The notes: a model not told the origin generated them from the sequence alone. A DNA stretch of 64,000 bases from Octopus bimaculoides (GCF_001194135.2 NC_068993.1:59696817-59760816); one strand, 5' to 3'. Shown: positions 51,110 to 63,006, counted from the stretch's first letter. Made by a program: numbers and translations.

Positions 51110-51260
51110 GCCAACCGCTCTAATGACGGAACCTCCCTCTCCTTGGGTATCCGACATGCTAGAAATAACAGCCAAGTTGGTCTACAAATTACGCCCTGAC
51201 AAATTTTAATGTTTAAAAAATGTACAGGAAGATCGCACTGGCTTCACCGGTATCCTAAAT
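51110..51260 (+). mobile_element. Family H fragment
   Basis: gacggaacctcc..gacatgctagaaataacagccaa. Confidence 0.5.
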
Positions 51261-52104
51261 ATACTGATGTAATATTCATGGAGTCCAGTATTTAATCTGT
51301 ATTTTATTTTGTCGGCGTCCAGAAAGGTGACCCCCCACCACCACAGACGGAATTGAAAGACTCGTCTGTTCTTTTATTGCAAGAATCGGAGTATCATCAC
51401 AGACTGTTAACTGAGATGTTTATATGGTGAGTACCATAAGGCTGAATAGAAGGAGAAATTGAAGTCTTCGAAGATCAATTGACGAAATTCTTCATGTTTT
51501 TGATATTTTGGGAATGGAACAACTGTTATAAGCAAATTTTCATGGCATGCTTTTTACCTCCAGGGTGTGTGTCACTATATCGTTGATGGTGAGTTTTCTG
51601 TACTTACAAACTTTTAGAGGATTTAGATTACGATACAGTGTAATCGAAACTACAAACAGCCGTTAAGTAGTAGCACTCTACTATTTTGTTAAAATCGGAA
51701 ATCTATACAGTTCCTGTCATCACCATGTTACTGGAATTGCTGGGTCATCTTTTTGAAGGTTACTTTGGAATTATCATAAATTTAGCTAAGCTGAATTATA
51801 GGTCCATGAAAAACACAGGAAGGTTTCGTGTTGCTGGGAAATTACTTTGCGTCCTGAGCAGGAGTGCTATGACGATGCACATGAAGTCCTCTTAGTGACA
51901 TCACACTATTACAGAATATATTTATTTTTTCCGATAGTGATTTCTGGATGGTTGTTCATATTCTGTGTTACTGTTTGAACGACAATTCAGACTGCTTAAT
52001 AATAGACTTATCTCATATATCTTTATTTTTCATTTATTCCTCAATTTCTTGTTCTCCTGCATCAATGTTTCTATGTTAATCCACTATTCCCTTATCCCAG
52101 TGAA

Positions 52105-52141
<37 letters not shown>

Positions 52142-52500
52142 AAAAATATTGTTGACTGCAGGACTAAGAAAAAGAGAGAGTTTGACGTCACAAAACATTC
52201 CTTCGCCGTCGCCGAAATAATTGCATTATTTCTGTTTCTTTCTTCATAGAGGTTTCAAAGAAATTCGGTCGCTATTTCTAAAAATAAATTGTTACAAGAA
52301 AATCCCCTATGAGGTAGTGATTAAATATATATATGGTTTTTGTGGCTACTCGTTTTGCAGTTTCTAAAGAGAAGGCGGTCACACAGATAAGCAACCCAAT
52401 ATATTTGTGTATGTTTCGAAGTTAACTTATGTGTAATTTGCCTCTACATATTCATGTATGTGAGAATGTATGTATGTATTTGTGTGTGTGTACGTGTGTT

Positions 52501-52543
<43 letters not shown>

Positions 52544-53274
52544 ATTAATGTATATGTTTACATATATAGAATGTAATTACGTGTGCAATCGAGTCAGACG
52601 ATGTATAAGCATGAATGTCTGTTGCAGGTTTATACAAACTTCATATGAAAAAAAAGACAGACATACGCGCACACACATACACACAGACACACACACACAA
52701 AGACACAAACACACACACACACATACACACACAATGACAAATGCGTGAAAGTAGACAAGAAAGTTAAAAAGCTAAATGTTGCTTTAGTTGTGAATAATTG
52801 CGATGATAGCTGATAGCGTTTCGAATCCATGCTGTTATTTAGCATTGGGACTGGACTCTAACTATTACGAGAGCAGATTAGCTGCTAAGACAATGTATGC
52901 CGACCACTCTTGGGAAATATCAGCGTCTTTTGGTAATTGTTGTGCCAACATCTTACAGCGTTCGTCTTGTCAGTCAGCCAGCAGCCTCTGGCGCGGCCAG
53001 CGTCATACAACTGGGTATTCATATGTGTGTGTCTGTGTGTCTGTGTGTGTACATAAACGGATCCCTAAACACACATTCTCAACGATTTGCATGTGCGTGC
53101 ATGTTGTTTATACGTGTGTAAGTGTATATGCTGGAATGTGCATAATCTTATTCAGATATGCACGTTTAATATGTAAGTATATACCCAACGTTGAATACAG
53201 TTTAAGGAACTCAAAATTACCAACTCACAAATCTGTTTATATATGTATATNNNNNNNNNNTATGCATAAATGTG

Positions 53275-53325
<51 letters not shown>

Positions 53326-53585
53326 GTGTGTATGTGTGTGCATGTGTGTTTGCGTGCGTGTATGTATGTATACTTCTTTCTGCTGAATAGGTGTAATGTA
53401 TCGATGCATTCATGCTTAAGTACATATATTTGTGTATGTGCGAGTGTGTGTGCGTGTATGTGTGTATATTTATATATCCGCATGTGGTACTTATATAATG
53501 TGTGTGTGTGTGTGTGCATGATGTTATATACATTTATAAGACAAATACAATTAAACATATTTTGACAGTTATTTTTCTGGACACT

Positions 53586-53717
53586 AGATTTTTGTCTTTC
53601 ATCCTTTCCTTTCGGTGTCGATAAATTAAGTACCAGTTGTGTACTGGGGTCGATATAATCGACTAACCCCACTCCCCCAAAATTTCGAGCCTTGTGCCTA
53701 GCGTAGAAAAGATTATT
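53586..53717 (+). mobile_element. SINE family B, 3' half
   Basis: gtcgataaattaagtaccagttgtgtactggggtcgatataatcgact..gccttgtgcctagcgtagaaaagattatt. Confidence 0.9.
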
Positions 53718-53863
53718 ACACACACATATATAACAAATATTGTCATCTTCTTAAACACAGATATACATCCAAACAATTCTATACTCTCAAACCCCCCAAC
53801 ACATTGTTACATGATTCTATTGTCTCACATCACACTCGTTTATAATTCTACCCCACTGAAACA

Positions 53864-53905
<42 letters not shown>

Positions 53906-54292
53906 CACACCACAGACACACACACACAAGTTCACACCTTCCTACTTAAACTACGAGATCCAAACTCTCAGCCTTGACTTTCACTTTGACTAAATCTTTT
54001 GACGTCACGTTCACGCATCCATTTCCAATGTTTACTTCACCAAAGCACATACACACGGGTACACATTGACAGACAGACAGACAGACAGACAGAAATTCAC
54101 ACACGCACACAAATACGTCACACTAACACGTAAGTGCTTTCACGCCCTACACAAACCCCTTTCTTTCTTATCAAACATTTATCTCCCTTTCTTTTATACT
54201 TACATTCCTGTTTCTTCCTGCAAACACCCGACACACTAATCTCTATTAGATTTCCATAGACTCACTTCCTACGAGTCACACCGAAATCTAAC

Positions 54293-54294
<2 letters not shown>

Positions 54295-54371
<77 letters not shown>
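54295..54371. repeat. (CT)n microsatellite
   Basis: Direct. Confidence 0.97.
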
Positions 54372-54375
<4 letters not shown>

Positions 54376-54659
54376 CCACACTCTAACAATCTATTTTATA
54401 TTACATTATATAAACACAGCTTCTTCGTTCCTTCGAGTTATAACTGCGCTTCGTATAAGTATCCATATTCACACATTCTTGTCATACCCCTACATGTCTA
54501 CGCTCACTGCTGAACAACTATTGAATTATCCCAGATGCCGGTATCTCAGCTCCATAAACTCCCGGCTACAGGTTGACGTTCGAATAAATTCCGACGAAGT
54601 CTCACTATCTTAATCACATAATTACACACTCTTACCACAACTGTCTTTGTAGGTTTCTC

Positions 54660-54697
<38 letters not shown>

Positions 54698-54735
54698 GTA
54701 CACATTCTCTTTCTCTAGCTGTTGCAGTGACATTC

Positions 54736-54895
54736 AAAGGCAGTGAACTGGTAGACTCGGTAGAGCAGTGAACTGGTAGACTCGGTAGAGCATCGAACAG
54801 AAAACCTTGCCGTATTTATTTCACTTTTAACTCGAAACAAAGAGCTACACTAAGGTTAGCTTTCCATTTCATACTTTACAGATCGATAAAATATG
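54736..54895 (+). mobile_element. Degenerate family-B copy with 25-bp tandem duplication of the head
   Basis: gcagtgaactggtagactcggtaga occurs twice (54740, 54765); tttcatactttacagatcgataaaata is the decayed core. Confidence 0.6.
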
Positions 54896-55360
54896 ATATC
54901 CATCACATATTTGAATGGGTGTGATTAATTACATTTTTGATTCAAATTGAGGTTATATACCTATATTAGAAAGTAACAGACGTGTGTACGACATACGACT
55001 TATGTATATATATGAATGTAGATATGTACGTATGTGTATATGCACGTTTGTATGCATGCATATATGAATGTATATTTGTATATATGCATGTATATTTTTC
55101 CTTGAGATTTGTTCAAGATTTGAACTCGGCAGAATTTAAGTCGATTAAGGAAATGACGAGCTTTAATTCAAGACAGTTCTTGAAGTCTGTTGAGATATGA
55201 ATTATTTAGTGTGTGCATATATATATATATACACACNNNNNNNNNNNNNNNNNNNNNNNNNNNNNNNNNNNNNNNNNNNNNNNNNNNNNNNNNNNNNNNN
55301 NNNNNNNNNNNNNNNNNNNNNNNNNNNNNNNNNNNNNNNNNNNNNNNNNNNNNNNNNNNN

Positions 55361-55401
<41 letters not shown>

Positions 55402-55883
55402 TTAGGGGGCATATGTAGATGGACATGTATGCATGTGTATGTCTGTATGTCTCTATGTGTCTGTGTATTCTATACGTACATATTCATGTGTGCATATGTT
55501 CAGACCGGAGACCTCAAATGTAGAAGCCCTGTAATGTTCTATAAATATTTCTAGAAGTTTAAATTATATAAAATATGATAATTGTCTATTTTAGTTGAGG
55601 GATTGAGATCTCGCTGTGGCAGTTGTTCAATGCTTATTTTAACATACAATGCTTATTTTAGATATACACACGTAAGCGCGTGAGTGTATACTTATACAGT
55701 TGTACAAGATGTGTGTTTTGAAATGTTTCGATCTCCTCATGAAATTTTAGCAGTTCATTGTTAATTACTGCAGTCTTTTAGATAGTTTTTAAGAGATTAT
55801 CTGATTGCCAGGGATTACCGTCTGTACGTTCCAATATCCCAACATCAGAGCCGGTTTCTCTTGTCTTCTTGTTGCAGTACTTA

Positions 55884-56000
55884 CAAAAGAGACCGATAGA
55901 ATAAGTACTAGGCTAACAAAGAATAAGTCCTGGGGTCGATTTGCTCGACTAAAGGCGGTGCTCCAGCATGGCCGCAGTCAAATGACTGAAACAAGTAAGG
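55884..56000 (+). mobile_element. SINE family A, 5'-truncated 3' end
   Basis: caaaagagaccgatagaataagtactaggct..cctggggtcgatttgctcgactaaaggcggtgctccagcatggccgcagtcaaatgactgaaac. Confidence 0.92.
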
Positions 56001-56235
56001 AAATATATCTCTGTGTGCGCGTGTGTGTATACATATATATCTTGTATGTATACATTCCCCACCCCCTTTTTGTTACAGATATAAATCTACTAGAATACTC
56101 GAGGGACTGTCAATATAGATTGTTCGTAACACAGACAATCGCTACGGGAGAATAAAAGCTATTTAAGGAGTCGAATAAGCTCCAATGGTTGGGTAAAAAA
56201 AAACAAGAAAACACATTAAAGACGAGATACGCCAA

Positions 56236-56256
56236 AATAATAATAGCAATAATAAT

Positions 56257-56298
<42 letters not shown>

Positions 56299-56345
56299 AA
56301 TAATAATAATAATAATAACAATAATAATAATAATAATAATAATAA
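56236..56345. repeat. (AAT)n/(AAC)n compound microsatellite
   Basis: Direct. Confidence 0.96.
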
Positions 56346-56475
56346 TGATGATAATGATATAAGAACAGCAATTATAATAACATTATGAAGATGAAGAAGA
56401 AGAAAAGCAACTAGTATACAAAAAACAGAAAAATTGTCCTTACAGACAATATATGGCTGCCGCAAAACCATTGCA

Positions 56476-56511
<36 letters not shown>

Positions 56512-56914
56512 CATACCTATATCTATGTATGTATGTATGCATATGCACTCGTATACATACCGCTAATCTTGGCAACACAGACACACACTAACATTTACTG
56601 AGTTTTGAAGCTGAACAAATCGAATTACAAGTGTCTCGATACGATTGTTGAATGGGAAAGAAGAAGCGTGTTAAATTGATCGCCCGCCCCCGTCTCACCC
56701 AGCTCCGCCAATNNNNNNNNNNGGGTGTGTGTCTGCACGACTATAAAGGACGGAAACCTGCTGTACGAAAAATGCTCCTCCTTCCCGCCATCACCACCGC
56801 CACCCCTCCTACCACCACCATCACCCCCACTGCCATCACGCACCTGTCGTCTCCAGTCATCACGTCTACTGTCGCCATCGACCCCGTCATAATACCGCAA
56901 CTTCTCCGTCATCA

Positions 56915-57150
56915 GTGAAATTAACGCGCGAGTGGCTGAGCACTCCACAGACACGCACGCTCTTAGAGAGATTAACCGTGTCACAGAATAGGACAAGGCT
57001 GGCCCCTTTTGAATTACAGGTACAACTGATATTTGCCAGTTGTGTGAACTAAAGTGTCAACCTGAAGGACACAACCCAGAGCGGATATCGAACCTTCGAT
57101 CGTAAGGTCCTGATCGGAATACGCTAACCACTAAGCCGTGAACCTTCACA
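56915..57150 (-). mobile_element. tRNA-derived SINE family F, head plus body
   Basis: Minus head gtgaaggttcacggcttagtggttagcg (A box) and aaggttcgatatcc (B box); body shared with 50165-50352. Confidence 0.85.
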
Positions 57151-57231
57151 AGGAAATCAATAATTGAATCGATAAACAGGTCTTTTTTTTTCATACACTC
57201 CTTACGATTACCATTGGTGGTTGTAGATATC

Positions 57232-57456
57232 TATTTCGTTATTGCCCACAAGGGGCTAAAAATAGAGGGAACAAACAAGAACAGACGAACGGATTAAGTC
57301 GATTACATCGACCCCAGTGCGTAACTGATACTTAATTTATCGACCCCGAAAGGCAAAGTCGACCTCGGCGGAATTTGAACTCAGAACGTAACGGCAGACG
57401 AAATACCGCTAAGCATTTCGTCCGGCGCGCTAACGCCTCTGCCAGCTCGCCGCCTG
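57232..57456 (-). mobile_element. SINE family B, full length, with 9-bp target-site duplication
   Basis: GTAGATATC at 57223-57231 and 57457-57465 flanks a complete head-to-tail copy. Confidence 0.95.
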
Positions 57457-58025
57457 GTAGATATCAGGGAGGGGAACAATTTCGATTATACTGTTAACAG
57501 CTTTTTGATGGAGTCTTTACGCTGCAGTGCTTTTATCGTCGTTATTGTCAAATAGTTAAGACGTAGTAATATATATAATAACACTTGTATCATTAGGTGC
57601 CAGAGGAATCGATATGATGGTCAGATCAAACGCAAAAGCAATCTGGCACAGCAGAACGTTTTAATTCAGGTGACGAATTACTTAGTGAAGTAAACGTACA
57701 TGCATGTGCTCATAGACACACATATACACACGCGGTGGCAGACATATATGTATATATATATAGGCAGACAGACGGTAGTATGAATATGGATTCACACATG
57801 CAAACATGCATATATAATGCATATAGAAATATATATGGTGCATTCTCTATTGATCTGTATGATTAGCAGTCAATTCTTCACTGAAATGAATTCCTACCCA
57901 AGAATTTAGCGTGTAAATGGGACTGAGAGTTTCAGAGACTTTTAATGCTGTTCCTAAACCGAATCTGCTTGATAAAATATGACAGAGCTATGATTAGACC
58001 TTTGGATTACTGTGGTTACAATCGA

Positions 58026-58107
58026 GATAGAGAGAGAGAGAATGAGAGAGAGAGAGAGAGAGAATGAGAGAGAGAGAGAGAGAGAATGAGAGAGAGAGAG
58101 AGAGTGT

Positions 58108-58152
<45 letters not shown>
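58026..58152. repeat. (GA)n microsatellite
   Basis: Direct. Confidence 0.96.
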
Positions 58153-58156
<4 letters not shown>

Positions 58157-58159
58157 AAT

Positions 58160-58314
58160 TTACATTATTTACATTATTTACATTATTTACATTTGACGGA
58201 TATTTGTCCTCATCTTGTTGTTAACACATCGTTTCGGCTGATATACTTCCAGCCTTCATCAGGTGTCTTGGGGAAATTTCGGACCTGGGTTCTCATTCCT
58301 AAGGTATTTTTCGA

Positions 58315-58320
<6 letters not shown>
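58160..58320 (-). mobile_element. Family G body: hammerhead-bearing segment with (AAATGTAAATA)-like tandem tail
   Basis: Minus strand aacatcgaaaaataccttagg..gacacCTGATGAaggctg..cagccGAAAc..aaatgtaaataatgtaaataatgtaaa. Confidence 0.7.
58223..58267 (-). ncRNA. Minimal type-I hammerhead ribozyme (PLE-type); this copy probably inactive
   Basis: 5'-GACAC-CTGATGA-A-GGCTG-gaagtatat-CAGCC-GAAA-CG-A-T-GTGTT-3'. Perfect 5-bp stem II, 5-bp stem I (GACAC/GTGTT with one G-U) in exact register, and both core boxes intact. Position 16.1 is A instead of the required U. Confidence 0.75.
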
Positions 58321-58352
<32 letters not shown>

Positions 58353-58374
58353 TTCTTCTTATTATTATTATTAT

Positions 58375-58813
58375 GTGTGTTTTTTCTTCTTTCTTCAAAT
58401 TTTCTTGCCGAGTGTTTTCCGTACACCTAGGACAGAGAAGCTCATTGTATACGTTCCCAGTTTACACACGATAATTCACAGGTAAAATATGTATTTTTTA
58501 AAAAAATTAATAAATAAACAAATTTATGAATGGATGTTGTTTTCACAGCGATAATGCTCTTCTCAGTACATGAGTAGTTCCAGTTAACACGATTTTTTGC
58601 ACTTCCTGTAGGGATGGTAAACCTGATATCATTTTCAAATAGGTTTCAGTACTTTTTTGCCTTGAGGTACCGCATTTTTTCAATTTCTATTAGCAAGTCT
58701 TTATATTTACTGATCTTGTCAAATTCTTTCGCCGCTATATTATGATCGCGAGGAATACTCATGTCAATTAATAAACACTTCTTCTTTGTCTGATCGTTTA
58801 TAATAATATCCGG
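58375..58813 (-). mobile_element. R4/Dong-clade retrotransposon 3' end inserted in (TAA)n
   Basis: PDIIINDQTKKKCLLIDMSIPRDHNIAAKEFDKISKYKDLLIEIEKM.YLKAK, then after a deletion/frameshift TETYLKMISGLPSLQEVQKIVLTGTTHVLRRALSL* (stop 58543-58545), then a ~170-bp 3' UTR. (TAA)n on both sides. Confidence 0.9.
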
Positions 58814-58830
58814 TAGTAGTATTATTATTA

Positions 58831-58913
<83 letters not shown>

Positions 58914-58917
<4 letters not shown>

Positions 58918-58984
58918 TCACTGTCTGGAATCAAACTCAGAATCTTGGGGTTAGTTGCCTGCGCTCTTAACCACTACGCCCACC
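58914..58984 (-). mobile_element. Family G tRNA-like head followed directly by (AAT)n
   Basis: Minus strand ggGCGTAGTGGTTAAGAGCGC (A box/D arm) and GAGTTTGATTCC (B box with one change), then cagtgacctg(aat)n. Confidence 0.75.
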
Positions 58985-58989
58985 AGCAT

Positions 58990-59428
58990 ACTTGCTTTAC
59001 TCATTTGACTGTGGCCATGCTGGAGCACCACCTTAAAGAATTTTTTGTCGAATGAATCGACCCCAGGACTTTTTTAAAGCGTGGTACTTATTCTATACCT
59101 CTCTTTTGTCGAACCACTAAGTTGCGCAGAGGTAAGCACACCAACACCGGTTGTCTAGTGGTAATGGGGTACAAACACAGACACAAACACACCCACACCC
59201 ACACACACATGCACACACACAGACGTGCACACGCGCTCACATACACACATATACACGCATATATATATAGGACGGGCTTCTTTCTTTTTCCCTTTACCAA
59301 ATCCACTCATATGGTTTTGGTCTGCCCGAGGCTATAACTGAAGACACTTGCCCAAGGTGATATGTAGTGGGACTGAACCCGTGACCATATGGTTATGAAG
59401 CAAACTTTTTACCACACAGACACGCTCG
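58990..59428 (-). mobile_element. SINE family A, near full length, older copy
   Basis: catttgactgtggccatgctggagcacc..gaccccaggact..gacgggcttc..accaaatccactca..gaagacacttgcccaaggtg..ttaccacacag. Confidence 0.9.
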
Positions 59429-60521
59429 CAGTAATATGTTTATTTTCCATCATTTTCCCTTAAATTGAGCAGGTATAAAATGGGGGCTCGATAGGGATTT
59501 TTATTCTGGGCGTCTATCGTAATTAATGTTATTCCGTCTTTGTCTCCCCACCACCACCTTAAACACATTTCATAATTACCGTAATGAACCAATGATTTCG
59601 TGAGAGGATTTCATATGCAGCATTTTCAAGAACAATTGTAATTTATAGTAAGATCGCATCGCATGGAAATTGAAACAAGGTTAGTAGTGTCACTACACAA
59701 AGGCTGCCGTATCGATTGCTATCACATTTAGATATATAATGCTCATTTCTCACTTCAGTTTGTTGCTATCTTAAGAAATGTAACCGCGAAGTTCCTCCCC
59801 CCTCCACCTCACTACCCATGCTATAAACATAATTTCAGCCACTTTTACGACTCCTAATAACGTCATAACACCATTGTTCCTTTTATCTTTCGCCAATCAC
59901 TAATTTTATTTTTCATATTCTAAAAGCTAAATACATTTACTAAAGCCAGAATTGTTTGGCTTTCTTCGTTACCCACATTTCGTTCGGCGAAAATTGCTTT
60001 GTCCGCTTCCAATTACCCACAATCTCACATGTGAGGACAACCATTAAAAGGAAGGCTCAAAACTGCAACGCCTTCGTTTAAGCAAAACATCTGGTACTTC
60101 AAAAGTGACCTACAACCAACCACTCTTCCTGTCACGTATATTAGTCAGTTCGAATCACCTTTCTCACACGTTTCTTTATGTCTCCATCGTTAAATGACTG
60201 GACACGAGTTTCCAACGCCCGCAAAACATAACGCCGTCAGATTGTCTTGTTCTGATGTAGTGGCATAAAATAAATGCTCAACTAGTGGCAAGTCAAATTA
60301 GTATGACGGCTCCTTGCAAACATACCTGCAACCCACAGGCACTCACACGTGTGCACATGATACGTGCGTGTGTGTGTGTATGTGCGTATGTAAGAGCGAG
60401 CACGTACGTACAGACACGAAAATACACACGCGCACACACACACACACACACACACGTATGTATAGAAAACATCAGCATATACACATAGAATGGTAATTGA
60501 TTCTCATGTATAAATATGTGT

Positions 60522-60565
<44 letters not shown>

Positions 60566-60626
60566 TTTCTTTCTCCCTACTTTACTTTCTTTCTTTCTTT
60601 CTCTATATAGAGAGAAATAGATAGAT

Positions 60627-60661
<35 letters not shown>

Positions 60662-60722
60662 TGCAAATACATAATTATCAACGTCATCATCATGGTCATC
60701 CTCATCATTATCATTATCAGTG

Positions 60723-60812
60723 GAAGAGATACTTTCCATACGTGCCGCGCTGTGGGACTGAACCTAGAACCAAGTGGTTGTGAAGTAAACCTCTTACCAC
60801 AGAGCCACACCA
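60723..60812 (-). mobile_element. SINE family A head fragment
   Basis: gtgccgcgctgtgggactgaacctagaaccaagtggttg..cttaccacagagccac. Confidence 0.8.
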
Positions 60813-63006
60813 GCACTCATAAAACTAAATCGTAGCAAACTTTATTCCCTACAGAATCAATGAATCAATGAATAGAATTTAAATGGACACCAACACACTA
60901 ATGTAGAAAGGCCAAGCATTTTAATTAATTAAACCTATTTTCTTAATGAACAGAGACAATCATTATTTGAATGAGTTATTCTAGTTAAAAAAAAGGGGGA
61001 AGAAGACAATTCTGGAAGTGATCCTTCGAGCTTCTAAAAGCAACCTTCGTTTGTTTGTTTACGTTCATCGTAATTTGAATTTAAAATATTTAAAATATTT
61101 CTGGGTTTACTTCTAATGTATGTATGTATGCATGCATGCATTTATATATANNNNNNNNNNNNNNNNNNNNNNNNNNNNNNNNNNNNNNNNNNNNNNNNNN
61201 NNNNNNNNNNNNNNNNNNNNNNNNNNNNNNNNNNNNNNNNNNNNNNNNNNNNNNNNNNNNNNNNNNNNNNNNNNNNNNNNNNNNNNNNNNNNNNNNNNNN
61301 NNNNNNNNNNNNNNNNNNNNNNNNNNNNNNNNNNNNNNNNNNNNNNNNNNNNNNNNNNNNNNNNNNNNNNNNNNNNNNNNNNNNNNNNNNNNNNNNNNNN
61401 NNNNNNNNNNNNNNNNNNNNNNNNNNNNNNNNNNNNNNNNNNNNNNNNNNNNNNNNNNNNNNNNNNNNNNNNNNNNNNNNNNNNNNNNNNNNNNNNNNNN
61501 NNNNNNNNNNNNNNNNNNNNNNNNNNNNNNNNNNNNNNNNNNNNNNNNNNNNNNNNNNNTTTGTTTAGTAAGATTTGTCTAAATTTCAATTCAGTGAGAT
61601 AACATATAACGATGATACAAAAGTACAAAGATATTATTTTGAAATGTTGCTGAATATAAATAACCTAAATATAGTTGGAATTATTGACTAATTTTGGCAG
61701 ACGTTTTGGTCAGTCATTTTTTGCATCAAGATATGAGTATTGATTTTTTTTCTGTGTGTGATTTTCATAATTTTTTAAATATATATTTTATTTGTCGTTT
61801 TTGCGTATTTCAAAAAAGTCTTAGATACGTATTTCTGTTTCTTTTTAGAAAGCAGTTGAAGTAAATAATAAAAAAAAAACAACAACACACAATTAGGAAT
61901 TAAAAGAAAATAAAATAAAAAAAAAACACTCAGTTGTCAAAAGCTGCAACATTTTTTTTCTAAAATTTATATTTGTTGCAGTTGAATGAAGAAAAAAAAA
62001 TGTCAGATGGAATTGCGAGAGACTATTTGTATAAAACTAGTTCACCAAAGATAAATGTAAGTAAAGAAAGCTGTCAAAAACAGTGAAAGTTTGTATAAAT
62101 TATCTAACGGAAAAAATACACCTGCTATGTATGATTTGACGTTCTTTGTTGATGGGTACACTATTCGAATGAGGGATTTTACTAAGATTTCATGTTTATC
62201 ACAGCATATTCACCTGATAGTATACTGCAAGTTCATGTACTACTTCGTATCTTCCAACATGGCGGAATTATGACATTGAAACGATTTTGATGACAGAACT
62301 GTACAGCTGCGGTTGTATATTTACTGCTTAGTCATTTATTTCCTCATGGCCTGATAAACAACAAATTACTTTCCATACTTTTGCAGTGCAGCATTTGCAC
62401 CACTAAAGTGAGAAGGGTGCCTAGGTTAATTTTCGGTAGACTAACTTCCAATTTACTTATTAAAAATCTAGAATGCAATTAATCCGAAATCCGATTATTG
62501 ATGGTGGTCCTAGTGTAAGTATCAGTGAATATCCTGCGACAAGGTGCAGTAAAGTCAATCGTCGGTCTGTCATCTGCGGCTTGGATTATTTGTCGATTTT
62601 GATAACATTGTAAAGATGAGATGTACTTTGGTAGGACCGGGTCCTTAATGTAATAGCAGCCTAGAAACTTTTTATGAACAGGCATCAAAAAATAAATTCA
62701 ACTTTAAAGGGGACCGACTGCACCTGAAAAGTTGTAACCAAACCACTAATAATTAAATACTGCAAGATACTGTTTAAAATTAAATTAAATAATTACAGAA
62801 TAAATACAAGTTTATGGATTTCGAAATAGGGGTTAGGTGATTAATTAATTTTCAGTGCTTTTTTAATGATATTTTATTTTTGACTGAGAAAAAAAATAGT
62901 AAAAAAAGGAAAACAAATTTGATGTCTGCAAGGTTTGAACTCAGAATGTAAAGGTTCATCATTAAATACCGATATTTATTTGTTCTACAAATCTTCCCAC
63001 CCTTAG

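Noticed and set aside
25883-54789. Short direct repeats (20 bp at 25883, 15/13 bp at 28443, 25 bp at 54740) as CRISPR-like arrays
   Set aside because: Two to four adjacent units with no unique spacers and no cas genes, in eukaryotic DNA; they are local slippage duplications.
6790-59428. tRNA-like sequences as tRNA genes
   Set aside because: All lack a closed acceptor stem and continue into repeat bodies; they are SINE heads.
1043-61628. Dozens of ORFs rich in CV/HT/YI/LS/RE dipeptides or poly-I/L/N
   Set aside because: They are translations of (CA), (TA), (CT), (TCTA) and (AAT) microsatellites.
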